In this document: positions 5,569-15,622 of the stretch, one piece after another
Position numbering within the stretch: position 1 is the first letter of the stretch
How the letters are laid out: the number at the start of each line of letters is the position of its first letter
DNA from: a virus
Lineage: Duplodnaviria; Caudoviricetes
Virus record (IMG/VR): IMGVR_UViG_3300032303_000212
Coordinates: 1-30,285 of that record
Reading direction: 5' to 3' (one strand)
DNA: 30,285 nucleotides
Program-made: the position numbers and the translations under genes
Notes under the pieces: model-generated
The model's input: the letters and a program-made list of their open reading frames with translations, nothing else
The model's database searches: none
What the model was told of the DNA's origin: nothing

Positions 5569-7626
5569 GTGTATCCAGCAATCGCAGTTACAAAGTATAA
5601 CTTGTTCAATTGCGGCTTGTACTGGTAATGATGCAGGTAACAACACTCCAGAAGTATATATCGGATTTAGTGATGGTGGGATTAATTTAGTATATGGTGA
5701 TCCTGCTAAACTTCCCGGTACAATAGGCCCTCCACCTTGACCACCTAGCCCACCTCCCGCCCCGGGTGCGACTAATGGTGCACCGCCTGTTATCCCCGGT
5801 GATCCTATCCCGATAGCATTTGGTATGACAGGAATATTGTCCGGCGTGCCTATACCTAAAATAGAAGCTACCGTTGTTGCAGGCGCACCTAAAATGCTAG
5901 GTTGTACTGCAACAGTATTTTGTGATGGATTAGTAATAGGATCAGTAGGGGTAGATGTATTAAACGGATTAGCAGCCGGGTTGGCTGCTTGACTAGTTAT
6001 AACAGGAGCTTGAGTTATTAAAAAGTTTTCAGTAGCTGGATCAAAGTAGCCTGCAGGTTCAGTATTAAAAGGGAATGCAGGTGCTGAATTTGCTACCGTA
6101 CCATTAGATATTAATGCTATCTGTTCTGCTAGAGGTAAAACATCATCTATAACGTCATCAGTTGATATACCAGCTTCTAACAATCTTGCTTTGTTTCTGT
6201 CCGCTCTCATCATTGCTACTATACTTTGCCCTGCATTTATATCTAAATCTGATATAGCTTCTAATGTTTGTGCAGCCATGTTTGGTTCTGTTAATTTAGC
6301 ATAGCTAGGAACTAAGTCAGTAAAGCTATACACCATTATTGGATATGGGAATAAACTATCTGTTCTTGGATCTGGGACTATTGATAATCCTGTGTTTCTA
6401 GCACGCTGTTCAATATTTAATTGAGTACCTAAATTATCCCACGTGTCATTTAATTCTAATGATTGTCCGGGATGAGTGGAGCGTATTATTGCTATTTCAG
6501 CATTGGCTGCGTTAATGTATGATTGAACTACTGTATCTAAATCAGGTGTTAGTGCAGGAGGGGCTTGTATAGTTACATTCAATGTAGCAGGAGGTGCAGA
6601 TGGAATGGGACTAGCACCCGAACCATATAGAACACTTGATCCTGGCGAACCTAGCAATCCACTAAGTACTTTACCAAATGTAGTAGACCCGTTATTTACT
6701 ACCGGTTTAGTATCAATTGTCGTTATTAAAGTAGCACCTGATCCGCCATCTATAGTTGCAGTTGGGGCCGCTGCTCCATTTCTCCCGTAGCCGCCACCAC
6801 CATTGAATGATGATATTCCCTGAATTGAGAGTATTTGATAATAATAATTATAGTTACCAAATCCGTCAGAGACAGCAGATGTTGAATAACCTGGGGTAAC
6901 AGTTGCTGTTGCTTGTTCCCATGTAAGTGCCAACCAAAGATTTTGATATATAGTTGATAAGGTGTTAGATTGTAGTCCTATAATAGCAGGTTGTATTTGT
7001 ACCCAGGGGTAAGGCAAACCAGACATACATCCAAAGAAATCAGAAAAAGTATATGTCCCGTATGGGCCGCTGCCCAATGCCATCAACGCAAGTGCAGCCT
7101 TTGCTTCAGCGGTATCAGTTGGAACATCAGTTCCGTTGACTAAGTTTAATCCCCTAGTAGTTTCTAGTGTTGCTGCTACCTGTGCAAATTTCTCTATAGG
7201 AATATTCCGTATGTTTTTTATTTGTTGCATCGTTGCAGAGAATGCTCCTGCAGTAGTAGCTAAATCTTTAGGTAATATACCGCCAAGATACGAACCAAAC
7301 CCTTCTGGTATTATCTGTAGATTAACTTGTATGGTACTTGATGTTGCTACAGTTGCTGCTGCAATATCTTCTGGCTGTGCTGTAGGGAGCAATGCAGGTG
7401 CAACTAGTTGAGCAGAAAATATTGCTGCTTCATTCGTTGTTGTTGATTCTGTTACTGCTGCTGCAATTGCTTCTACTTGTGCCGATGCTGCCATTGCCGG
7501 AGGAATTATATTAGGAACATTAGTTATACCTCCACCATTATCTACGGCGTAGGTCATCCTATTCACAATACCACCACCTTCAATCTCTGCTCTAAGATTA
7601 AGAAAATCTCTATACATCTGTACCAT
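5566..7626 (-). CDS. Hypothetical, probably virion tail-tip/baseplate-associated protein
   Basis: 686 aa Ala/Gly/Pro/Thr-rich, C-terminal CNCDCW; next to PAAR; function inferred from context only. Confidence 0.65.
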   Translation of the reverse strand: MVQMYRDFLNLRAEIEGGGIVNRMTYAVDNGGGITNVPNIIPPAMAASAQVEAIAAAVTESTTTNEAAIFSAQLVAPALLPTAQPEDIAAATVATSSTIQVNLQIIPEGFGSYLGGILPKDLATTAGAFSATMQQIKNIRNIPIEKFAQVAATLETTRGLNLVNGTDVPTDTAEAKAALALMALGSGPYGTYTFSDFFGCMSGLPYPWVQIQPAIIGLQSNTLSTIYQNLWLALTWEQATATVTPGYSTSAVSDGFGNYNYYYQILSIQGISSFNGGGGYGRNGAAAPTATIDGGSGATLITTIDTKPVVNNGSTTFGKVLSGLLGSPGSSVLYGSGASPIPSAPPATLNVTIQAPPALTPDLDTVVQSYINAANAEIAIIRSTHPGQSLELNDTWDNLGTQLNIEQRARNTGLSIVPDPRTDSLFPYPIMVYSFTDLVPSYAKLTEPNMAAQTLEAISDLDINAGQSIVAMMRADRNKARLLEAGISTDDVIDDVLPLAEQIALISNGTVANSAPAFPFNTEPAGYFDPATENFLITQAPVITSQAANPAANPFNTSTPTDPITNPSQNTVAVQPSILGAPATTVASILGIGTPDNIPVIPNAIGIGSPGITGGAPLVAPGAGGGLGGQGGGPIVPGSLAGSPYTKLIPPSLNPIYTSGVLLPASLPVQAAIEQVILCNCDCWIH

Positions 7627-7629
7627 ATA

Positions 7630-8919
7630 TTATCCCCTAAACGTTCTAGTATTTGGTTGTACAGCTGGGGGAGAATATGCTGATCCCACACTACCGTCAC
7701 GTCCAACAGGGACTGAGGCGTAATTCCACAATCCATGTGCAAGAGCCGCAACATCATGTTGATTCAAAGATTCTTTATCAGTATAGTTTGATGCTGCTAC
7801 TGGTGCTGCGGCTGGAGTCTCAACTACTAATGGTGGCAACGGTGGAATAACTGAACCAACTTGTGCTACTACAGCAGGTGCAGTTAACCCTGGACTTACT
7901 GCATTAGTAACAAAGATTGGGTAATATGTTTTACTATTCGTTGGGCCAGGCACTGAATTATATAAAGGTACGGTTAATGTTAGATAACTGTTTGGAAACA
8001 TCTTACGTACATCAAGTAAATCTGCCAATGTTACTAATCCCTGAGTATTACAATTTAATGATACTAATATTTCAGCTAAATCAACACCAGTGATTATTAA
8101 AAATGCAGCATATGTTTTTTGTTGTTGTTCTTTAGTAACATTAGTATTATTTGAAATATTATCTATATCAATTGTAGTTAATCCAGTTGATAACAACGCT
8201 ACTGAAACTGATGCAGTTAAAGCATTATATTTTTTAAGTGTTGCTAATAAATTAGAAGGATAACCAAATGTCCATATAGTAGATAAATCTAATGCTTTAC
8301 CTAAATTAATTAAATCTCTTCCAAATACTTGGGGAGATAAACTTACATTAGTAACATCAGCAGTAATCAAATCATTCATATTACTATATGTGCCTTTAAG
8401 GAATCCTATTGAATTCTGTGCAGACATAATAGATTTATTTGATAAATCAATAAATGAACCAGCAGCTATGAATGAACCAACAAAATCATTATACATACTA
8501 GTCAATTCTAATGTATTATTATAATTAAATTCATTATAACCTTGCCATGGGAATAACCTTACATATCCCCAACTAGCAACTTCATCAGTATATCCGGTCG
8601 GACCGGCCCAACTTGGACTTCCTGTATATGTATACGTGGGCGGAGGACTATTTCCTAATGCAGGGATTGTACTGCTACCTATTGCTGTAATATTAGCATA
8701 GGTTCCTGAAGTTACATTTCCGTATGATAAATTAATAGAGTGTGTAAGCCAGTACAAACAACTATTGTTTATTACTGATCCTGTAGTATAGTTAGTTGAA
8801 CTAGTGCTAGACCCCACATAGCTAGCAGTGGGATTATTTATCCAAAAGCCTTTGCCTTGGACTAAACCACTCATTACATTTACACCTAACGGAGTTTGTT
8901 TTCCTGTACTCATGGACAA
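7630..8919 (-). CDS. Hypothetical, probably virion-associated protein
   Basis: 429 aa directly after PAAR (ATG at 8913 would give an ATGA overlap); same frame as 5566..7626. Confidence 0.65.
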   Translation of the reverse strand: MSMSTGKQTPLGVNVMSGLVQGKGFWINNPTASYVGSSTSSTNYTTGSVINNSCLYWLTHSINLSYGNVTSGTYANITAIGSSTIPALGNSPPPTYTYTGSPSWAGPTGYTDEVASWGYVRLFPWQGYNEFNYNNTLELTSMYNDFVGSFIAAGSFIDLSNKSIMSAQNSIGFLKGTYSNMNDLITADVTNVSLSPQVFGRDLINLGKALDLSTIWTFGYPSNLLATLKKYNALTASVSVALLSTGLTTIDIDNISNNTNVTKEQQQKTYAAFLIITGVDLAEILVSLNCNTQGLVTLADLLDVRKMFPNSYLTLTVPLYNSVPGPTNSKTYYPIFVTNAVSPGLTAPAVVAQVGSVIPPLPPLVVETPAAAPVAASNYTDKESLNQHDVAALAHGLWNYASVPVGRDGSVGSAYSPPAVQPNTRTFRG

Positions 8920-9191
8920 TTTACATTAGGACTTCCTTGAACGATACTATGACCGCAAGTGTTTCCTGATCCTACTCTTAATACAGGACTTCCCTCTGCT
9001 ATTACAGATGGACTTCCGGCGGTTGTTGTTGGAGCATCATGTGGAGGATGAGGTTTTCCCCATGGGGCATGCGGGGTGATACCACTTACGTGTAATCCAA
9101 CAGCAATCCCATTAGCAAAAACCGTGCCGGCTCCGCGAATAATTGTTCCGCCTGTTTGATTTGCATCACCCTTCCTACTCAATGCTGCCAT
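8910..9191 (-). CDS. PAAR-domain spike-tip protein (T4 gp5.4-like)
   Basis: LSRKGD, TVFANGIAV, HAP..PHPPH, GSPSVIAEGSPVLRVG, CGH, GSPNV. Confidence 0.9.
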   Translation of the reverse strand: MAALSRKGDANQTGGTIIRGAGTVFANGIAVGLHVSGITPHAPWGKPHPPHDAPTTTAGSPSVIAEGSPVLRVGSGNTCGHSIVQGSPNVNCP

Positions 9192-9197
9192 ATTATC

Positions 9198-9491
9198 CTA
9201 ACCTAATACAATTTTCTTTTCTGGTACTTTAATTCCAGTTGTTGCTTCTAAATACTTCATTTTTATACTATCATCAGTCTCAGCATAGAGACTAATACTA
9301 GTAGTATTTAGTGTAAATTTACCCTTTGGATTTGCAGTAAACATACTGGGTATCATTTGCATACCCTGCTGACTAGGTGCAATACTTACAGGTTCCTCAA
9401 TAATGATGTTATCTCTAGTGATTTCAACTACTTTAGTAATTAATTCTTCACCGCTATTCAATTTAAATGTGTATACTTTTCCTACTTGCAT
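9198..9491 (-). CDS. Hypothetical protein, possible Sm-like fold
   Basis: 97 aa; FKLNSGEELI start and YLEATTGI end typical of small myophage proteins; TAATG coupling to glutaredoxin. Confidence 0.65.
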   Translation of the reverse strand: MQVGKVYTFKLNSGEELITKVVEITRDNIIIEEPVSIAPSQQGMQMIPSMFTANPKGKFTLNTTSISLYAETDDSIKMKYLEATTGIKVPEKKIVLG

Positions 9492-9721
9492 TAGATACTT
9501 TCTGTTAATTTTTTTCTGAGTTCTGTGAACCCGCCCACAAGTTCTCCATCTAGGAAAATCTGTGGAACTGATCTGGCAGTTGGTACTGCTTCTAATAATT
9601 CTTCTTTAGTGTAACCATCACCAATTTTCTTTTCTTCAAACTGTATTCCCTTGCTCGTTAACAATGCTTTTGCTTGGTCGCAATAAGGGCAGTCGTACTT
9701 ACTCCATAGTATGGCCTTCAT
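9491..9721 (-). CDS. Glutaredoxin
   Basis: CPYC active site, SVPQIF, VGGF; follows nrdB. Confidence 0.95.
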   Translation of the reverse strand: MKAILWSKYDCPYCDQAKALLTSKGIQFEEKKIGDGYTKEELLEAVPTARSVPQIFLDGELVGGFTELRKKLTESI

Positions 9722-9732
9722 ATTATTTCCTT

Positions 9733-10833
9733 TTATAAACTTGGTAGTTGGTCGTAATCAAGTTGTTCACTCATTACACCCAATACATAATTGGTTGATT
9801 CATTTTCTTGTAGTGCTGTCTGCTTCTTGCTTGTATCACTATGTTTGTTAAACCAAGGGATAGGAGTGCTTCTAGGAGCATTGCCTTGATACTTGATACC
9901 AATCTCTTTCAATGCGCCCACTGCGGTGTAATCAACAAAGTCTTTTAACACATTAGCATTCAATCCAATGACTGGGCCTTTGTTAAACAAATAGTCTGCC
10001 CAGGCTTTTTCTTCACGGATAACATCCATGTACAATTGATAAACTTCAGTTTCACATTCTGGCTTGATAGCTGCAAAACGATTATCATCTTTAATAACTT
10101 GATTAATAAGATAAGCAGTCCAGCCTTTATGTAACAATTCATCTTGGAGAATTAAACTGATAATGTTACCATTACCAATAAAGATTTTGTTCTCAACCAT
10201 TGCTAAACTTGTAGCAAATGATACCATAAATCTAAATGCTTCTAGTGCGTAACTAGCATGTAATGCCATATAAATTGCTCTTACATGTTCAGTTTCTTCT
10301 ACTGGTTGACCTAACTCTTTCGCACAGTTGATTCTGTGTAGGTCATCATAATACTTACCAACACTACTAGCCATGTCAATAATCTCTTGTGTGTCATGTA
10401 TAGTATTGAATACTTCTTTAGGCACATTATAAATATTACGAATAATATGACTATAACTTTTACTATGAATATTAGTTTCAAAGAAACTCCAGTTATAAAT
10501 CAATGCTTCAAGTTCTGGTAATGATACAACAGGAGTGAATACTTGACTTGGTGCTCGTCCTTGTAAACTGTCTAGTGCAGTTTGTCTTAACAAGTTACTA
10601 GTAAAGATATGTTTAACTGCATCGCTGGCTTCTTTAAAGTCATTGGCATCTTTAGTTAAACTGATTTCTTCTGGTTGCCAAAAGAAACCCCTTGCAGTTT
10701 CTTCAAACTTAGCAATCTTTGGATACTTTACTTCTTCAAAACGTTGAATAGTAACTGGACCCGCTGGGTCTAGAAACATCTTACGATTTAAATAGTCTGT
10801 CTTTGTGTTTAGGTTATATTGTGCTTGGCTCAT
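9733..10833 (-). CDS. nrdB: Ribonucleotide reductase class Ia beta subunit
   Basis: FFWQPEEISL, LDSLQGR, ETNIHSKSY (radical Tyr), LEAFRF, DELLH, QENESTNY. Confidence 0.97.
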   Translation of the reverse strand: MSQAQYNLNTKTDYLNRKMFLDPAGPVTIQRFEEVKYPKIAKFEETARGFFWQPEEISLTKDANDFKEASDAVKHIFTSNLLRQTALDSLQGRAPSQVFTPVVSLPELEALIYNWSFFETNIHSKSYSHIIRNIYNVPKEVFNTIHDTQEIIDMASSVGKYYDDLHRINCAKELGQPVEETEHVRAIYMALHASYALEAFRFMVSFATSLAMVENKIFIGNGNIISLILQDELLHKGWTAYLINQVIKDDNRFAAIKPECETEVYQLYMDVIREEKAWADYLFNKGPVIGLNANVLKDFVDYTAVGALKEIGIKYQGNAPRSTPIPWFNKHSDTSKKQTALQENESTNYVLGVMSEQLDYDQLPSL

Positions 10834-13148
10834 AATTTACAACTTTCACATGATTCTTCATCATCAAAATCTATATGTTCTAACATCGGCGGTGCGATTT
10901 CAGCGTCAGCTTTGCTACCCTGTTTATTCACGAGGCTATAATAGAAGGTCTTGAGGCCCCACATATGTGCCTGCATCAAATTCTTTGCTATCAATGTAGT
11001 TGGAACTTTACGGTCACTATAGTGAGCAGGGTTATAGAATGTGTTTGTGCTAATGCTCTGGTCAATGTATGCTGCCAATACTGCTGCGGTTTTTAAATAA
11101 CCATCACAGTCTTTCTGTTCCCACATCAATTGATATTTGTTCTTTAGTTTGTGATACTCTGGAACAACTTGTGTGAAGCTACCTGCTTTGCTTTCTTTAA
11201 CACTAATCAAACTCATTGGCATTTCAATACCATTTGTGCTGTTAATAACTACACTACTTGATTCTACAGGAGCAATAGCCATTTGTGTAGCATTACGGAC
11301 GCCATACTCTTTCATGTTAGCACGTAATGTTTCCCAATCAAGTTCTGGATTGAAGTCAGTTAATTGATTAACACCATCTGCACGTAATTCCCAGGGGAAA
11401 GTACCTTGACCATATCTTGTCTTGTCGCTACCCTCACACTTGCCTCTTTCTTTGGCAAGTTCTACTGATGCTTCTGTTAGATAGTATGCTAAATGTTCTG
11501 CCCAGATTTTAACTTCGGCCAATGAATCTTTCTCTCCGTACTTCAAGCTACGCTTTGCATGCCAATATGCTAAGTTAGTGACACCAATGCCTAGCGGACG
11601 AATCTCATCGTTGCTTAGTTTAGACTGGATGGAAAGAAAGTCTTGGTAATCCAGTATATTGTTAAGACTCCTATGTAGAATGCGACAAGCACGGCGCATA
11701 TCTTCGGGATTTCTAAACGCACCCCAATTTATACTCCCAAGTGTACATAAGGCTATCCTGCCGGTGTCATCATCTAATCTTTTAAAACTTTTTGTCGGAA
11801 GTAGGATCTCACAACACAAATTGGACTGATAAATTGTATGATACTCTGGATCAAATGGACCCTGCTTCATTACATTATCAATGAATACTAGATAGATACG
11901 TCCTGTATCAGTACGCTCTTTCAGTATGCCCGACTTGAATACCTCTTCAGCGTTCATTGTCTTTTTGCGTAAGTCTTTACGCTTTTCGTATTTAGTATAT
12001 AATTCTTCAAATAGTTCGGTATTGCTATAGAATGCTTCATATAGATCGGGCACTTCGTTAGGATCAAAGAATGTTATATTTTCTTTGTTTTTGAATCTAC
12101 GCCAAAAAAATGCGGATAGAACCACACCATAGTCCATGTGTCTTACTCTAGTTTCTTCTGTGCCTTGATTGTTTTTAAGAACGATTAGGTCATCAAATTG
12201 ATGATGCCATATAGGGTAAAAGACAGTGGCGGAAGCGTTGCGAATGCCACCTTGACTACAACTTCTCAAGTCACCAAACCATTTCTTTAAGAACGGAATC
12301 ATACCGGTGTGCATGATTTCTCCACCGCGAATGGGACTACCTAATGGACGTAGACGTCCGATCTCTAGTCCAATGCCAGCACGTTTACTGGCATACTTGG
12401 CCATCATTTCTCCCGAAGCAAAAATACTGTCCAGATCATCGTCACTACGAATAAGCACACAACTACTGAATTGCTTGGTTGGAGTTCCCAGGCCAGCCAA
12501 CACAGGGGTAGCCAATGTAAAAAGACCATCACTAGCAGCATTGTAGTATTCTTTGATGTATCTGAGTCTTGCGGTGTTTGGTTCTTCACTGTGAAAAACT
12601 GTTGCTGCTGCAACCATGTAACGAATTTGAGGTGTTTCATATATTTCTTTTGTTGAACGATTCTTTACTAGATACTTTTCAATCAATTGTTCAATGGCGG
12701 CATAACTATATGTCTCGTCCTTAGAATGATCTATTAAATCATTCATCTTGTTCCAATCTTCTTCACTATACCATTCTAGTAATTCACTTGTATATAATCC
12801 AGTTGCTACATTCTTTTTAACAATATCGTAGAGGTGGGGAACTTCATATTGACCATACACAGATTTTCTTAGCATTGATAGTCGCTGTTTACCTGCTACA
12901 TATTGATAGTTTGTGTGACCTACATCGGTGTTTGATTCTACGTCAATCAAATCAACTATTGCTCGCAATGTTATTTTATCTATTTGACTAGTAGTAATGC
13001 CGTCATAAAAATGAAGTTGACTTTTAATTTCAACCATTGACGGGCTAACATCTGCTATTCCATTACATACTTTTGCCACTTGTGCTTGCCACTTTTCTAT
13101 CATCAATGGCTCTTTTTTTCCACTTCGTTTAATAATACTGATATTCAT
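10830..13148 (-). CDS. nrdA: Ribonucleotide reductase class Ia alpha subunit with N-terminal ATP cone
   Basis: IIKRSG start, FSSCVL, SNLCCE, IALCTLG, TFYY, C-terminal CESC; no intron or intein visible. Confidence 0.97.
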   Translation of the reverse strand: MNISIIKRSGKKEPLMIEKWQAQVAKVCNGIADVSPSMVEIKSQLHFYDGITTSQIDKITLRAIVDLIDVESNTDVGHTNYQYVAGKQRLSMLRKSVYGQYEVPHLYDIVKKNVATGLYTSELLEWYSEEDWNKMNDLIDHSKDETYSYAAIEQLIEKYLVKNRSTKEIYETPQIRYMVAAATVFHSEEPNTARLRYIKEYYNAASDGLFTLATPVLAGLGTPTKQFSSCVLIRSDDDLDSIFASGEMMAKYASKRAGIGLEIGRLRPLGSPIRGGEIMHTGMIPFLKKWFGDLRSCSQGGIRNASATVFYPIWHHQFDDLIVLKNNQGTEETRVRHMDYGVVLSAFFWRRFKNKENITFFDPNEVPDLYEAFYSNTELFEELYTKYEKRKDLRKKTMNAEEVFKSGILKERTDTGRIYLVFIDNVMKQGPFDPEYHTIYQSNLCCEILLPTKSFKRLDDDTGRIALCTLGSINWGAFRNPEDMRRACRILHRSLNNILDYQDFLSIQSKLSNDEIRPLGIGVTNLAYWHAKRSLKYGEKDSLAEVKIWAEHLAYYLTEASVELAKERGKCEGSDKTRYGQGTFPWELRADGVNQLTDFNPELDWETLRANMKEYGVRNATQMAIAPVESSSVVINSTNGIEMPMSLISVKESKAGSFTQVVPEYHKLKNKYQLMWEQKDCDGYLKTAAVLAAYIDQSISTNTFYNPAHYSDRKVPTTLIAKNLMQAHMWGLKTFYYSLVNKQGSKADAEIAPPMLEHIDFDDEESCESCKL

Positions 13149-13792
13149 TTATTTCCTTTTATATTTTTATTTTTACATTTACCATTAAGATGCCATCTAT
13201 TAAACATACCTGCACTTGCTAGTGTACCGCAATCTGAACATTTTTTCTTTGGGTGTTTCTTACCAAAATTTGGATTATCACTACCAGTCTTTCCATACAT
13301 AGGATTTTTTGTGCCCGATTGATCAAAGTTAATTCGTTTAACTCCTAATTTTGATAACTGTATAGCATCTCTACTTTCAGTAGTATGTTTATACCCATAT
13401 GCCGGATGTTCTTCTCTTTTTTTACCATGCATGGGATTATGTTCTCCGGTCATGTCTGGTCGTTTTTTACCATATGCATGATGTTTTTCTTTTGTTCTAC
13501 CAAACATACCATTTTGTTCACCAATTAAACAAGCTCCGTCACCACCGTCTGTTTTATTTCGTAGTATGCCGTTACCTAAATCTATCCTACCGTATATTTT
13601 TATTAAATTAATTTCATGTTCTTTTGCTTCATCATCGGATAAATTTTCCTGTAATATAACAATGCGTGATATATCTATTGGTTTGCCTATTTCATCTTTA
13701 CCTTTTTTCCATGCTCTTTTGTCTTTTCCCTTACCTATATAATAAGGTGATCCATCATGTCTTAAATAAGCATATACATAAAAATGATTCAT
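13145..13792 (-). mobile_element. Free-standing GIY-YIG-type homing endonuclease with NUMOD3-like repeats
   Basis: YVYAY..PYYIGKG..R, LRNKTDGGDG, repeated G..NPM(Y/H)GK units, C-terminal CxxC..H..C; ATGA overlaps at both ends. Confidence 0.85.
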
Positions 13793-14238
13793 ATTTTGTT
13801 TTTTAATAGATGAATATTTATTGGATTGGTAAGTGTAAAATCAACGTTGTTATTCAACAACACCGTTCCCGGATGATAATTTAATATATGAGTTTTATTT
13901 ACCATGACTAAGGCACATTCTTCACTATTATCGTCTATTGCTATACAAAAGTCAATATCTTTAATGCCCACTAATTGTAATGTATAGACCATTCCTAGTC
14001 CTCTAGCAATTTGACAGTAGTTATTTTCTACTAGCAAATCCCATGGTTCGGGCCAGTTATCTATATCATCTGGGTGAAGATAGTGATTTAATAGAGGTGC
14101 GTATTGCCACCACTTGTCTATTGCTAGACACTTGGTGGCAATATCTTTATCTTCTAGTGACTTTCTTAAGTCGTACCAACTCTTAAGTCTTGCTTCATAG
14201 TTTAATTGAAATACATTAGTCACTATTCTACTTATCAT
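13789..14238 (-). CDS. Hypothetical phage protein
   Basis: 149 aa ORF; start may be GTG at 14223 after a GATAAGTA element. Confidence 0.7.
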   Translation of the reverse strand: MISRIVTNVFQLNYEARLKSWYDLRKSLEDKDIATKCLAIDKWWQYAPLLNHYLHPDDIDNWPEPWDLLVENNYCQIARGLGMVYTLQLVGIKDIDFCIAIDDNSEECALVMVNKTHILNYHPGTVLLNNNVDFTLTNPINIHLLKNKI

Positions 14239-14258
14239 TTAATGATAATGATAGAAAA

Positions 14259-14630
14259 TTAGACTTCTGGTGTAGGTGGTTTTTCTGTTCCTAGCCAAGA
14301 CAATGTTGCTTCATCCCAACTATAGAGTAGTGTGTCATCAGTTGGCATTGGTGTAGGTGCTTCCCACAAACAAGTATCTTCATTTAATAACCAACTATTG
14401 AATGGGGTTGGTGGTATAAACGCATCACGTTCACTGTCATAAGTATAACCTACTCCAGCATAATTCTTACGTAATGGTGTTCCACCTAACAAATGTACTC
14501 CACCATGAGTGTTGTAACTTGTTTGTACCCATAGACTAGGCTCTCCAAACAATCCTGTATCTAATACATCTTGTTCTACTACAATAACTTGTGTTACTGT
14601 ACCGTTTTCTACTTTTGCAAAATGACTCAT
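14259..14630 (-). CDS. Hypothetical fibre-associated protein
   Basis: MSHFAKV..VTQVIV, WVQTSYN, RKNYAGVGYTYD..DAFIPP, YSWDE; AAGGAG RBS; function inferred from position beside Gly-rich fibre genes. Confidence 0.75.
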   Translation of the reverse strand: MSHFAKVENGTVTQVIVVEQDVLDTGLFGEPSLWVQTSYNTHGGVHLLGGTPLRKNYAGVGYTYDSERDAFIPPTPFNSWLLNEDTCLWEAPTPMPTDDTLLYSWDEATLSWLGTEKPPTPEV

Positions 14631-14672
14631 TTTTATCTCCTTATTATGTATTTATCAACATATTAGTATATA

Positions 14673-15566
14673 TTAAAAAGTTATTGAACCTGAACTAGTG
14701 AAAGCATAATACCTATACCCATTACTTGTTGTAACTGTTGGGCTACCTGTAGTTGCTGATGCCGCTGCATATCCATCAGGATAAGAAATGATTACTATAC
14801 CACTACCTCCTGCACCGCCCGGGGCTGGTGTACCAGTACTGTTATGCCCAGAACCTCCGCCGCCACCGCCACCGCCTGTGTTCTGTGCTCCTGGCAGTCC
14901 GGTTTGCGCCGACACACTTGAGTTGCCGTTTGGTGAATTACCACCGCCACCTCTGCCGCCCACAGTCAGACCATATGCCCACCACTGACCACCTGCACCA
15001 CCTCCACCAAAATATCCTTTACCTGAGGACGGGAGAGTACTGTTTGAATCATCTGTTCCATACATATCAAATGTTGAAACTAATTTTCCCCATCCACCAC
15101 CAGCTGGTGGGGAAGCGTTATAGTTAAACCCAACGGTTGCATCGCCACCACCTGAACTACCTTGTCCATTATTGGGTCGGCCGATACCTCCCGTATTTCC
15201 AGATCCAGATGTGCCTCCCCACGGATTCCCTCCATTGGCAAAGTTTTTGCCGTATTGTCCTGGAAGCGCACTAATAGTGCCGCCTATTGCGATTGAGGAA
15301 TTTCCTCCATTTGTACCGTTTGTTCCATCAGCAAGTCCATTAGTGCCACCTGCGCCAACAGTAACAGTAATACTAGTGCCTTGACTTAATCCAGAAAGAG
15401 TTGTGTTTATAACTTGACCGCCGCCGCCGCCGCCTCCGCCGTAAAAACTTTGATTACCGGCACCTGCGCCACCGCCTCCACCAACTAGTAAATAATCAAT
15501 TGAACTTGTTGGTGGAGATGGAGTCAAATTTAATCCACTGCTTAATAATAGTCCTTCTAAAAGCAT
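14673..15566 (-). CDS. Glycine-rich domain protein (paralog A)
   Basis: IDYLLVGGGGG ... [11 protein letters not shown] ... [14 protein letters not shown]; same domain occurs twice in 17238..27074. Confidence 0.85.
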   Translation of the reverse strand: MLLEGLLLSSGLNLTPSPPTSSIDYLLVGGGGGAGAGNQSFYGGGGGGGGQVINTTLSGLSQGTSITVTVGAGGTNGLADGTNGTNGGNSSIAIGGTISALPGQYGKNFANGGNPWGGTSGSGNTGGIGRPNNGQGSSGGGDATVGFNYNASPPAGGGWGKLVSTFDMYGTDDSNSTLPSSGKGYFGGGGAGGQWWAYGLTVGGRGGGGNSPNGNSSVSAQTGLPGAQNTGGGGGGGGSGHNSTGTPAPGGAGGSGIVIISYPDGYAAASATTGSPTVTTSNGYRYYAFTSSGSITF

Positions 15567-15622
15567 TTTTTATTCTTTAAAGGTAAAAACTTATTTATTG
15601 TTCATTAACACATTAATATATA

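Noticed and set aside
3907-8912. Stop-codon reassignment
   Set aside because: TAG ends iscU and TGA ends PAAR at expected positions, coding density is high under the standard code, and no suppressor tRNA is seen.
8910-9191. Bacterial type VI secretion locus
   Set aside because: No other T6SS genes; context is phage-like.
9733-13148. Intron or intein in nrdA/nrdB, or metal-free class Ie beta subunit
   Set aside because: Both genes are normal length and continuous; all iron ligands and the radical Tyr are present.
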